A stretch of DNA of 64,000 nucleotides, from positions 32,001 to 96,000 of the forward strand of contig JAVVGL010000005.1 in the NCBI GenBank assembly GCA_032249135.1, in the 5' to 3' direction. The notes beneath the pieces were generated by a model. It ran no database searches and was not told where the DNA came from. It saw only the letters and a list, made by a program, of their open reading frames with translations. Shown here in pieces: positions 41,010 to 50,613 of the stretch. How positions within the stretch are numbered: the stretch's first letter is position 1; each line of letters starts with the position of its first letter. Position numbers and translations under genes: made by a program. Source of the stretch: Candidatus Calescibacterium sp. (GTDB lineage Bacteria; Calescibacteriota; Calescibacteriia; Calescibacteriales; Calescibacteriaceae).

Positions 41010-41151
41010 TTGCACAATCCTTAAAACTGCCAGTTTCAAACCTCTTATAACTCCTCTCTGTTCTCTCTCTTTCAGTCCCTCTTACCTTCCCCATTTATAG
41101 AGGAAAGTTTTCCTTATATCAACTTGTATTGGGATAGGTTTCAAATTTATT
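41010..41151 (-). pseudogene. Degenerate orphan C-terminal fragment of the Rpn-like family
   Basis: Minus strand reads INLKPIPIQVDIRKTFLYKWGR*EGLKEREQRGVIRGLKLAVLRIVQA, directly after the stop codon of the intact copy. Confidence 0.85.
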
Positions 41152-42102
41152 TCACTTATGGTTTCTGAATATTTTGATAAAATCGTCCCAGTTCTTTGCT
41201 TCTATTATTTTCCTTTTTATTTTTTTGAGGTAATTTACATCATCAACTTTTTCCAAGAGAGTTTTTACCTCTTTTACCTTTGACTTGCCAAACTTGATTT
41301 GAACATCTAATAAAATTGCTTCCTTTAAACCCTCCTGTTTCCCTTGTTTTATACCTTTTATAATTCCCTTCTGCTCCCCCTCTTTTAATCCCTCCTTTAA
41401 TCCCTCCTCTTTTCCCCACTTATAAAGGAAAGTTTTTCTTATATCAACCTGTATTGGCATGGGTTTAACCTTTATTTCAATATCAAATAAACCTGCTAAA
41501 AAACTTATGCTATCTATATATTTTATGATTTTTTCTTCATTTTTCAGAATTTCTACAATTCTTTTTTTGACCTTTCTTATTATCTTGGGTTTATCTTTGA
41601 ATTTCCCAGCTAAAATCCCTACGATTACCTCACCAGGTTTTTTGCTCCTTATAAAAACATCAGGATCTATTTTCTTCATATCCAAAACCTCGTATTTTAA
41701 ATTTAGTTTCGGGGTTTTGTACTCTGATGGTGGAGGATTTCCTTTGCCAACAAACAAAACAATCTGTGTAGGTTCCTTTTTATATTTTTCTGTTATTGCA
41801 TAGTAATAACGGAACATCCTGTGTGGTAAAGTTTTATCTTGTTGAGCCTGTATTTCAACTTGGATTATCTTACCGTCAGCTTCAACTAAAATATCAGGAC
41901 GAAAAGTTTTTACCAAACTTATCTCTGCCAATATAACTCTTACTTTTTTACCTATTTTTTTACCAATGGCTAAATAATAAATTTTCCCTATTGCTTCTGA
42001 GAAAATTTCTTTCAAAATTGGGTCAAACCTTTTTAATTCTTTCCTATATTTGTTTCCTTTTCTTCTCTGCCATTGTTTTCTTATTTTCTTCTTTTTAAGC
42101 AC
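41152..42102 (-). CDS. Rpn/YhgA-like (recombination-promoting nuclease/putative transposase) PD-(D/E)XK protein
   Basis: FDPILKEIF, RPDILV..IQVEIQ..RMFRYY nuclease-like core; EGLKEG/KQGKQEG repeats and KFG C-terminal helical domain. Confidence 0.8.
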   Translation of the reverse strand: MLKKKKIRKQWQRRKGNKYRKELKRFDPILKEIFSEAIGKIYYLAIGKKIGKKVRVILAEISLVKTFRPDILVEADGKIIQVEIQAQQDKTLPHRMFRYYYAITEKYKKEPTQIVLFVGKGNPPPSEYKTPKLNLKYEVLDMKKIDPDVFIRSKKPGEVIVGILAGKFKDKPKIIRKVKKRIVEILKNEEKIIKYIDSISFLAGLFDIEIKVKPMPIQVDIRKTFLYKWGKEEGLKEGLKEGEQKGIIKGIKQGKQEGLKEAILLDVQIKFGKSKVKEVKTLLEKVDDVNYLKKIKRKIIEAKNWDDFIKIFRNHK

Positions 42103-42239
42103 TTGATTTATTTATTTAGATTTTAAAATTTCCTGCATTTCAAAAATAGGGATGGAAATAGAAAATAGAATCTGATTGAGTTAAAATTTGGCTTTAATTT
42201 TACTTTGAATTTTGAAGAGATTTTATGAAATAATCGCTT

Positions 42240-43700
42240 TTAAAGTTGTATGTAAACATTTTTTACTTGAAGCATATCTTCTAAACCTTCCTTTCCGCCT
42301 TCTCTTCCTATGCCAGACATTTTATATCCACCCCATGGAGCATTGTGCGGAATTATACCAAAAGTGTTTATCCATACCGTTCCTGCTCTTATTTTCTTTG
42401 CAACTCTTATTGCTCGTGATATATCTTTTGTGAATATTGCGCTTGCAAGTCCATATTTTGTTGAGTTCGCAAGCTGAATAACTTCATCTTCACTCTCAAA
42501 TGGGAAAATAGATACAACCGGACCGAAAATTTCCTCTTGAACAACTTCTGAATTATGAGGTAAATCTACAAAAACAGTTGGAGAAAAGAAATATCCCTTT
42601 TTTTGATTTAATCTTGTGCCTCCAACGAGTATTTTCCCACCATCTTTTTTCCCTTTTTCAACAAATCTTTCAACTCTTTCAAGCTGTTTTTTGCTAATAA
42701 GTGGTCCTGATATTACGGCGGGGTCAAAAGGGTCTCCAACAGATATTCCTTTTGCCATATCTACATACTTTTTTACGAACTCATCATATATTGATTTTTG
42801 AACGAATATGCGAGATGAAGCTGCGCACATCTGTCCAGCTAACGAAAACATTCCAACATTAGATAAAAATACTGCTGAATCAATGTTTGCATCCTCAAAA
42901 ATTATGTTTGGTGATTTACCACCGAGTTCAAGGATATATTTTTTAATTCCACCTTCTTTTATTATTTTTTCTCCTATTTCTGTTCCACCGGTGAATGATA
43001 CTAACCAAACATCTTTATGTGAAATCAAAGCTCTTCCTGTTTCTGGTCCCCCGAAAATCACATTTACAACTCCTGGGGGAAAGACTTCTTTTGCTACTTT
43101 TGCAAATATGAAAGCAGGTAAGGGTGAATTTTCTGATGGTTTTATAACCACTGTATTTCCTGCTGCGAGGGCAGGAGCAACCTTAAAACCTAAGAACATT
43201 CCTGGAACATTCCAAGATGTTATTATTGCTGCAACTCCGAAAGGTTCTTTTAGTGTGAAATCAAAAAAGTTCTGACCTATTCCTACGACATCAGATGAGA
43301 TTTTGTCGCACCACTCTGCGTAGTATTCAAATCCTCTTCTCAAAGCTCCAAAAGATATTCTTGAGGATATAGAGCGAGGCAACCCAGAATCAAGCATTTC
43401 TGCTATCTGATACTCTTTTATATCTTTTATTTTTTCAGCAAATTGCTTCAAATATTTTGACCTTTCTCTGGGTGGAAGTTCTGACCAAGTTTCAAACGCT
43501 TTTTTTGCACTTTCAACAGCATCACCAACTTCTTTCTCTCCCGCTACACATACTTCCGCTATACCTTCTTCTATTGTTGGGTCTTCTGTGATAAAAGTTT
43601 TTTCAGTGAAAACAAATTCTCCATTTATGAGGAGAGGTATTTTTTGTCCTCCTGTTATTTGTTTTGCTTTTTCAATATGGTTTTTTACTATATCTTCCAT
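42240..43700 (-). CDS. Aldehyde dehydrogenase
   Basis: WNVP, AAGNTVVIKPSE, FTGGT, LELGGKSP, GQMCAA, EEIFGP, PWGGYKMSGIGRE; SD AGGAGGT. Confidence 0.95.
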   Translation of the reverse strand: MEDIVKNHIEKAKQITGGQKIPLLINGEFVFTEKTFITEDPTIEEGIAEVCVAGEKEVGDAVESAKKAFETWSELPPRERSKYLKQFAEKIKDIKEYQIAEMLDSGLPRSISSRISFGALRRGFEYYAEWCDKISSDVVGIGQNFFDFTLKEPFGVAAIITSWNVPGMFLGFKVAPALAAGNTVVIKPSENSPLPAFIFAKVAKEVFPPGVVNVIFGGPETGRALISHKDVWLVSFTGGTEIGEKIIKEGGIKKYILELGGKSPNIIFEDANIDSAVFLSNVGMFSLAGQMCAASSRIFVQKSIYDEFVKKYVDMAKGISVGDPFDPAVISGPLISKKQLERVERFVEKGKKDGGKILVGGTRLNQKKGYFFSPTVFVDLPHNSEVVQEEIFGPVVSIFPFESEDEVIQLANSTKYGLASAIFTKDISRAIRVAKKIRAGTVWINTFGIIPHNAPWGGYKMSGIGREGGKEGLEDMLQVKNVYIQL

Positions 43701-43708
43701 TTTTTGTT

Positions 43709-44509
43709 TTACCTCCTTTTTGTTTTCTCTTGAAGTTTTTCATTTTTCCCTTTTTCATTCAGCTCTGATGTGAGTTCTTCAAGCTTTTCAAGTAAAGTTT
43801 TTTTGTGAAGTATTTTTATAAGTTCAGATGTTTTTTCTATGGCAATTTTTGCCATGTCAATTATTTTTTCTGTAGGGAGCTTTCCTATAACTTTTGAATT
43901 GAATTCAGTAAATTCTATTTCTACAAGTTTTTTACATATATCAACATAGTTTTTCAGAAACTTTATAGAAAATCCGTGAGATTCATCAAGTCCTGCTTTC
44001 CTCATATCAGATATGATTGACAAAATTTCTTCTCTGAACAAATCTTTTTCATCTTCTTTTTTTATCAGACCTATTTTTTTTAGTTCTTCTATGACCTCTT
44101 GTGGTAAATCTATTTTTGAATAGGTTTTTTCTTTCCCGTCTTTTGTTGTAATGAGGATTTCTTGGTCTATCTTCATCAACATTTCTTTTATTTCATTATC
44201 AGGTCTTTTGAGTATCTTTTTTATCTCTTTGAGAGGTAAGAACCTTTTCTGCAACTGCTTTATTATTTTTACTCTTTCTACTGTTTCAGGTGGATAGTAA
44301 GCCATCTGCTTTGATACCCGAACTGGTTTTGGCAAAAGCCCTTGCGATATGTAAAAGTGAATTGTAGATTTTTCTACTCCTGCAAGTTCGGCTACTTTCC
44401 TTATAGGCATATAACCTTTTGCTTTAAGCTCCTCTTTCTTACTTAATTTGTTCTTATTATTTGTCTTCTCATCTTTTTTCCCTTCACCCATTATTTGTCT
44501 TCTTTGCAT
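43709..44509 (-). CDS. MerR family transcriptional regulator
   Basis: IRKVAELAGVEKSTIHFYISQGLLPKP..AYYP..VERVKIIKQLQ..LPLKEIK. Start may be 44491. Confidence 0.88.
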   Translation of the reverse strand: MQRRQIMGEGKKDEKTNNKNKLSKKEELKAKGYMPIRKVAELAGVEKSTIHFYISQGLLPKPVRVSKQMAYYPPETVERVKIIKQLQKRFLPLKEIKKILKRPDNEIKEMLMKIDQEILITTKDGKEKTYSKIDLPQEVIEELKKIGLIKKEDEKDLFREEILSIISDMRKAGLDESHGFSIKFLKNYVDICKKLVEIEFTEFNSKVIGKLPTEKIIDMAKIAIEKTSELIKILHKKTLLEKLEELTSELNEKGKNEKLQEKTKRR

Positions 44510-44647
44510 TTTTTCTATTAATTTTTTTATTTTTGAATTTTATCAGGGATTTTTCAAATTTTCAGTAAAAAGTAAGTATAAAGTGAAAATTAATACTTTT
44601 TTTGTTTTTCACAAATTTTTTTGTTCAATACTATTTTTTTTATTTAT

Positions 44648-46183
44648 ATGGAGACAGTGATTGAACTTCTTGAAGATAAAGCAAAGAGGTATCCAGAAAA
44701 TTTTGTTGAGGTTTTCGGAGTAGAAAAAATGACTTTTGAAGAATGGGGTAGAAAATCCTCTCAGCTCGCTCACGCTCTTTTGGACCTTGGCGTAAAAAAA
44801 GGAGATAAAGTTGCAATAATGTTCTCAAACAAAGACGCAGCATTTTTTAAAATATCGTATTTCGCTATAACAAAAGTAGGAGCTTTGCCTGTTCCTGTAA
44901 ATGTAAGGCTCCCAAAAGAAGGAGTTAAATTCATTCTTGAAAATTCGGAAGCAAAAGGAATAATTTTCGGAAGCGAGTTTGGAGAACTTGTAGAAGATCT
45001 AAAAAAAGAGGTAAATTTGGGATTTACTCTTGAAAGAAAAGAAGCAGAAAAAATCCTTGAAAAATTTCCTGCACAGCTTCCCCAGGTTGAAGTCAGAGGG
45101 GAAGACTATCTTGATATAATATATACTTCTGGCACAACTGGTTTCCCAAAGGGAGTTTTATCAACTCACAAGTCTCTCTTTGTCAGAGATGATTCAGTTT
45201 ATGAGTCTTTATATGCTGGTAAAACTTTTTTGCATGCTGTTCCTCTTTTTACCTTTGCGGGTTGCCATGCTATGATGATGATACCATTAAGATATGCTCT
45301 GAATGTAGTTATATTGCCAAAGTTTGATGCGAAAGCTTTTTTAGAAGTTATGAAAAGAGAAGATGTTGTTATGGTTTATGCTGTTCCGTTTCATCTTCTT
45401 GCGGTTATGAGGGAAAAAGAATTTGAAAACGCAAAGATTGATCATATAAAAGTGATTATGTTTGGAACTGCCCCTATGCCTCCTTGGGCTGTAAAAGCCC
45501 TTGCAGAAAGACTCCCAAATACTTGGATTATGAACCTTTATGGTGCAACAGAAGCAGGAATGGCTGGATGTTTCCTCCCACCCGGTATGGCTCTCCAAAA
45601 ACCAGATTCAGTGGGAATTCCTTTACCTCCAACCGAAGTAAAAATATGTGATGATGATGGAAACGAGGTTCCGCGAGGTCAGAAAGGAGAGATATGGATG
45701 AGAATTCCGGGGGTAAAACCTCGGCAGTATTTCAAAGATGAAGAATCCACAAAAAAAGTGTGGACTGAGGATGGTTGGGTAAGAACAGGAGATATAGGAT
45801 ATATGGATGAAGAAGGTTATTTATATGTTGTAGATAGGAAAAAAGATATAATAATAAGAGGCGGCTTCAATATATCTTCCGCAAAAGTTGAAGGAGTCAT
45901 ATCATCTCATCCGAAAGTTATTGAATGTGCTGTTGTTGGTGTTCCTCATCCACTCTTGGGGGAAGATGTTTTTGCTTTTGTAGTTGCGAAAGAGAAAATA
46001 ACGGAGGAAGAAATCAAAGAATTTCTGAAAGGCAAACTTGCAGATAACGAGATTCCGAGATATTACGAATTTGTAGATGAATTACCAAAAAATGCAACCG
46101 GTAAAGTTTTAAAATATGAACTCAGGGAAAAAGCTAAAAAAATATATGAAGAAAGAAGAAGAAGAGAAGGAAAGGAAGTATGA
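44648..46183 (+). CDS. Acyl-CoA synthetase (AMP-forming ligase)
   Basis: YTSGTTGFPKG, YGATE, RTGDIG, DRKKDIIIRGG, PKNATGK. Confidence 0.93.
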   Translation: METVIELLEDKAKRYPENFVEVFGVEKMTFEEWGRKSSQLAHALLDLGVKKGDKVAIMFSNKDAAFFKISYFAITKVGALPVPVNVRLPKEGVKFILENSEAKGIIFGSEFGELVEDLKKEVNLGFTLERKEAEKILEKFPAQLPQVEVRGEDYLDIIYTSGTTGFPKGVLSTHKSLFVRDDSVYESLYAGKTFLHAVPLFTFAGCHAMMMIPLRYALNVVILPKFDAKAFLEVMKREDVVMVYAVPFHLLAVMREKEFENAKIDHIKVIMFGTAPMPPWAVKALAERLPNTWIMNLYGATEAGMAGCFLPPGMALQKPDSVGIPLPPTEVKICDDDGNEVPRGQKGEIWMRIPGVKPRQYFKDEESTKKVWTEDGWVRTGDIGYMDEEGYLYVVDRKKDIIIRGGFNISSAKVEGVISSHPKVIECAVVGVPHPLLGEDVFAFVVAKEKITEEEIKEFLKGKLADNEIPRYYEFVDELPKNATGKVLKYELREKAKKIYEERRRREGKEV

Positions 46184-46235
46184 TTTATTAGTGTTTGAAG
46201 AAATTAAAAAAATTTAAAAGGAGGTGAAATAAAAG

Positions 46236-47456
46236 GTGGTTGACTTTACTTTATCTCAGGAAGACAAGGAGTTAATAAGGAACATAAGGTTTCTTGGAGA
46301 AAAATTCATGAGACCTTTGGGAATAGAGTATGATCTGAAGGGCGAGCCGGTTCCACCAGATCATCCGTTTTTTAAAATGCTTGCTCAAATAGGATTTCAA
46401 GAAAGGGTTGCAGGGATGGGTAGAGAAATAGAAGGAGACGGAACAGAAAAAGAAAAAGAAAAAAAGGAGAGAACTTCCGCAAGGCGGGCAGTTATAATAG
46501 GAGAAGAAACATCTTACTGGGATAGAGGAGTTGCCGTTGCTTTACCTGGACCAGGACTTGCGGGTCCCCCTCTTGCGCTCATTGGTACTCCTGAACAAAA
46601 ACAAAAATATCTCTCTATATTCAAAGATAGAGAAAATCCTCACTGGGGAGCCTTTGCGATGACAGAACCTGGTGCAGGTTCTGATGTTGCAAGAATAACT
46701 ACAAGGTGTGTCAAAAAGGGAGATAGGTGGATTTTGAATGGGCATAAAGCTTTCTGCTCTAACGCAGATAGAGCTGATTTTGTTATTGTTTGGGCTACCT
46801 TGGACCCAAAACTCGGAAGAGCTGGGCACAGAGCTTTTATCGTAGAAAAGGGGACGCCGGGATTTATAGTATCAAAAATAGAAGATAAGATGGGACTTAA
46901 AGCTTACGCTTCCTGCTCTCTTATCTTTGAAGATTGTGAGGTTCCGGAAGAAAATCTTTTAGGCGGAGAAAAAGCATATGAGGGGAAGGAGGGGTTCAAA
47001 ACTGCTATGAGGTCATTTAATGCTACAAGACCAACTATTGCTGCTATGGCAATAGGAATAGCCCGTGCTGCATACGATTACACGGTAAAATTCGTAAAAG
47101 AAAACTACAACTTATCAAGACCTATACCAAGATATGCAAAAATAAAGGAAGCGATAGCTCGCGTGAGAAGAATGATAGAGATCGGAAGACTCCTGTGTTG
47201 GAAAGCAGCTTGGATGGCAGATGTTGGTATAGCAAATATTGTTGAAGCTTCACAGGCGAAAGCTTTCTGTCCAGCTGTTGCTCAGGAAGCAGTTTCACTA
47301 TGCCTTGATGTTCTCGGTGATGCAGGAGTTCAAAACGATAAATTTGTTGAAAAACTTTATAGAGATGTAAAAGCTCTTGATATAGTTGAAGGAACAGGAC
47401 AAATTCAAAGAATAGTTATAGCCAGAAGGCTTTTTGATCTGCCAAGTGAAGAATAA
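46236..47456 (+). CDS. Acyl-CoA dehydrogenase
   Basis: AMTEPGAGSD, LNGHKAF, KMGLKA, YRDVKALDIVEGTGQIQR; SD GGAGGTG. Confidence 0.93.
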   Translation: MVDFTLSQEDKELIRNIRFLGEKFMRPLGIEYDLKGEPVPPDHPFFKMLAQIGFQERVAGMGREIEGDGTEKEKEKKERTSARRAVIIGEETSYWDRGVAVALPGPGLAGPPLALIGTPEQKQKYLSIFKDRENPHWGAFAMTEPGAGSDVARITTRCVKKGDRWILNGHKAFCSNADRADFVIVWATLDPKLGRAGHRAFIVEKGTPGFIVSKIEDKMGLKAYASCSLIFEDCEVPEENLLGGEKAYEGKEGFKTAMRSFNATRPTIAAMAIGIARAAYDYTVKFVKENYNLSRPIPRYAKIKEAIARVRRMIEIGRLLCWKAAWMADVGIANIVEASQAKAFCPAVAQEAVSLCLDVLGDAGVQNDKFVEKLYRDVKALDIVEGTGQIQRIVIARRLFDLPSEE

Positions 47457-47552
47457 GGAGTTTTTGATCGGATAATCTGTCTCATAAATCATCTAAATTT
47501 GCAACTATAAAGCTCAGGAAAATACTATAAAAATCAAAAAAATGCCAAAAAA

Positions 47553-48956
47553 ATGAGTTTTTTAAAACATCCCACAAAAATTGTATCTTTTTATGATATG
47601 AAAAGAAGAGGAAAACTTAACATTCCAAAAACACCCGAAAGAGAACTCGTAAAGGAGTTTTACAGATTATCTAAAATCAACTGGGGAGTAGACGATGGAT
47701 TTTATCCTCTTGGCTCATGCACCATGAAGTATAATCCACGCATAAACGAAAAGATAGCAAGTATGGATCAATTCAAATTCCTGCACCCTGCTTTTCCAGA
47801 GCTTGCTCAGGGAGCCCTTGAAATAATGTATGAACTTGAAAATATGCTATGCAAAATTACCGGAATGGACGCGTTCTGCTTGCATCCCGCAGCAGGAGCT
47901 CACGGGGAACTTCTTGCTATCAAAATATCCAAAAAATATTTCTTTGAGGAAAAAAAAGAATGCGAAAGAAAATATGTCCTTATTCCAGATTCAGCTCACG
48001 GAACAAATCCAGCATCAGCAGCAATGTGCAACTTCTATGTAAGAGAAGTAAAAAGCGATTCAAGAGGGAATATAGACATCCAGGACCTCAAAAAGAAGTT
48101 AGGAAAAGATGTTGCAGTTCTTATGATGACCTATCCGAACACTCTCGGACTTGCTGATGAAAACATTGAGGAGATTGTAAATTTGGTTCATCAAAACGGA
48201 TCACTACTTTATTTAGATGGAGCAAACCTTAATGCAATAGCAGGAATTGTAAGACCCGGAGATATAGGTTTTGATTTTGTACATCTTAATCTTCATAAAA
48301 CATTTTCAACTCCGCACGGAGGAGGAGGTCCGGGGGCAGGACCGCTCGGAGTCAAAAAGCATCTTGAAAAATTCCTGCCCTACCCTAGAATAAAAAAAGA
48401 AGATGAAAATGGTAACTCAAAATACATACTTGATTACTCAAATAAAGAAAGCTCGGTAGGTAAAATAGAATCTTTCTTCGGCAATTTCCCAGTACTTCTG
48501 AGAGCTTGGGCATACATAAAAATGTTAGGAGATGATGGAATAAAAAAGAACTCTCAAATTGCAGTCCTTAACGCAAACTATCTTATGAAAAAGCTTTCAG
48601 AAAAATATCATTTGCCATATCCGCGCAAATGCAAACACGAATTTGTTCTGAGCGAAAAAGGATTAGGAGTAAGAACTGAAGATTTAGCAAAAGCTTTGCA
48701 GGACGAAGGATTTCATCCACCAACAATTTATTTTCCGCTTATAGTCAAAGGAGCTATCATGATAGAGCCAACCGAAACTGAAACGAAAAAAACTCTTGAT
48801 GAATTCGCAAATGCTATGCTCAAACTTTTTGACCTTTCGCACACTAACCCAGAATACTTTGAAAAAGCTCCGCAAAAGCAAGCGGTAAAAAGAGTTGATA
48901 TGGTAAAAGCTAACACGAAATTAATCCCTTCTGAAAGATGGAAAAAAGACGAATAA
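47553..48956 (+). CDS. gcvPB: Glycine dehydrogenase subunit 2
   Basis: PLGSCTMKYNP, PAAGAHGE, SAHGTNPAS, HLNLHKTFSTPHGGGGPG, IEPTETE. Confidence 0.95.
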   Translation: MSFLKHPTKIVSFYDMKRRGKLNIPKTPERELVKEFYRLSKINWGVDDGFYPLGSCTMKYNPRINEKIASMDQFKFLHPAFPELAQGALEIMYELENMLCKITGMDAFCLHPAAGAHGELLAIKISKKYFFEEKKECERKYVLIPDSAHGTNPASAAMCNFYVREVKSDSRGNIDIQDLKKKLGKDVAVLMMTYPNTLGLADENIEEIVNLVHQNGSLLYLDGANLNAIAGIVRPGDIGFDFVHLNLHKTFSTPHGGGGPGAGPLGVKKHLEKFLPYPRIKKEDENGNSKYILDYSNKESSVGKIESFFGNFPVLLRAWAYIKMLGDDGIKKNSQIAVLNANYLMKKLSEKYHLPYPRKCKHEFVLSEKGLGVRTEDLAKALQDEGFHPPTIYFPLIVKGAIMIEPTETETKKTLDEFANAMLKLFDLSHTNPEYFEKAPQKQAVKRVDMVKANTKLIPSERWKKDE

Positions 48957-49035
48957 AAAGATGAAGCAAAAAATGAAGAATGAATAAAGAAGGAAAAGAA
49001 AGAAGTAGAAAAAGATAAATCACATAAGAAAAACT

Positions 49036-50457
49036 ATGAAGGTGGAAAGATTACTTATTGATACTGAAACACCTATATCTATTTTTCTCAAACTCAAAGC
49101 AAGTGGATTTAAACCTTTATACCTACTTGAAAGCGCAGAAGAACCGGAAAAATGGGGAAGATACTCATTTTTGGGCTTCGGAGAACCAAAAGCTAAAATA
49201 AAATACTTTATAGATGAAAAAGAAATAGATGAAAGAGATAAAGAAGCAGAAAAAGAAAAAGAAAAAGAAAACAAAAAAAATAGTAAAAAAAAGTTTCTTG
49301 ACATTTTAAATGAAGAGCTTAAAAAAATAAAAGGCAAGTATTCGGAGTTTTTGCAAGAATTCAAGAAAGAAAGCGGAATTCAAAGAGTCCCTTTTGGTCT
49401 TGTAGGATTTATAGGATATGACCTATTTTCAGAATTTGACAAAGTAAATACAATAAAAGGTAAAGCTTCTCTTGGAATCCCGGATTCAGTTCTGGTTTTC
49501 ACTCCAAATATAATAATTTTTGACAATCTCAAAAGAGATATAATTTTGCTATCAGAAGATGTAAGTATGGATGAAATAAAAAAAGTTCTAAAAAAATCAA
49601 TAGATCCTTCAACAAAAAAATTCAAAGTGAAAAAAATTCACGACAAAGTCAAAAAAGAAGAGTTTGAAGATATGGTAAAAAAAGGAATCCAAAGAATATA
49701 CATGGGAGATGTTATTCAAGTCGTCCTTTCAAGACAAAAAGAAATAGAAGTAAAAGGAAAAATAGATGAGTTCTCCCTTTACAGAATTTTGAGAATAAAA
49801 AATCCTTCTCCTTACATGTATTTTGCTGATTTTGATGATATAAAAATAGTTGGAACCTCTCCTGAGATACTTGTGAGGGTTGAAAATGGTGTAGCTACAA
49901 CGCTTCCAATAGCAGGAACAAGAAAAAGAGGGGAAACAGAAGAAGAAGATAGAAAACTTGAAGAGGAGCTTCTTGCAGATGAAAAAGAGTTAGCAGAACA
50001 TGTTATGCTTGTTGACCTTGCAAGAAATGACATAGGAAAAGTTTCATATCCCGGAACAGTAAGAGTAAAAAAATTTGCTTACATAAAAAAGTTATCAAGA
50101 GTTATGCATATAGTATCGGAGGTTGAGGGTAAAATAAAAGAAACACATCTTGAAGTTTTGAGGTCTTGTTTTCCAGCAGGAACGGTTGTCGGGGCTCCAA
50201 AAATTGAGGCAGCAAAAATAATTTCAGAACTTGAAAAAGAAAGGAGAGGTCCATATGCAGGCGCAATAGGTTATTTTTCCGCAGATGACAATATGGATAC
50301 AGCAATCTTAATAAGAACGGCTTTCATATACGAAAACAAAATAAAAATTCAGGCGGGAGCCGGAATTGTCTTTTATTCAGTTCCAGAAAGAGAATATTTT
50401 GAAACAGAGCACAAACTAAAAGCCCTTGAAGAATCTATAAATGCACTTGCAGAATGA
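49036..50457 (+). CDS. trpE: Anthranilate synthase component I
   Basis: LLESA..GRYS, NPSPYM, SPE, PIAGTR (TrpE type, not PabB PIKGT), EHVMLVDLARND, AGAGIV. Confidence 0.85.
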   Translation: MKVERLLIDTETPISIFLKLKASGFKPLYLLESAEEPEKWGRYSFLGFGEPKAKIKYFIDEKEIDERDKEAEKEKEKENKKNSKKKFLDILNEELKKIKGKYSEFLQEFKKESGIQRVPFGLVGFIGYDLFSEFDKVNTIKGKASLGIPDSVLVFTPNIIIFDNLKRDIILLSEDVSMDEIKKVLKKSIDPSTKKFKVKKIHDKVKKEEFEDMVKKGIQRIYMGDVIQVVLSRQKEIEVKGKIDEFSLYRILRIKNPSPYMYFADFDDIKIVGTSPEILVRVENGVATTLPIAGTRKRGETEEEDRKLEEELLADEKELAEHVMLVDLARNDIGKVSYPGTVRVKKFAYIKKLSRVMHIVSEVEGKIKETHLEVLRSCFPAGTVVGAPKIEAAKIISELEKERRGPYAGAIGYFSADDNMDTAILIRTAFIYENKIKIQAGAGIVFYSVPEREYFETEHKLKALEESINALAE

Positions 50458-50613
50458 AAAGAAGAAAAACAATAAAAAAAGACAAAATAAATAAAAAAAT
50501 TTATCAGAACTTGATACGAAAATGAAAAAATTCCTGAAAAAAATCTTCAAAGAAAAACAAATTTTAGAATACAAAAGAAATATACCATAAAAAATATGGG
50601 AGGTGAAGGTAAA

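Noticed and set aside
41010..41460. Rpn tail fragment as a DGR template/variable repeat pair
   Set aside because: No reverse transcriptase in the window, and the differences are not confined to adenines.
49230..49300. GAAAAA-type simple repeats encoding EKEKEK in trpE (similar in the ACAD gene)
   Set aside because: In-frame low-complexity loop expansions, common in this A-rich genome; no evidence of switching.
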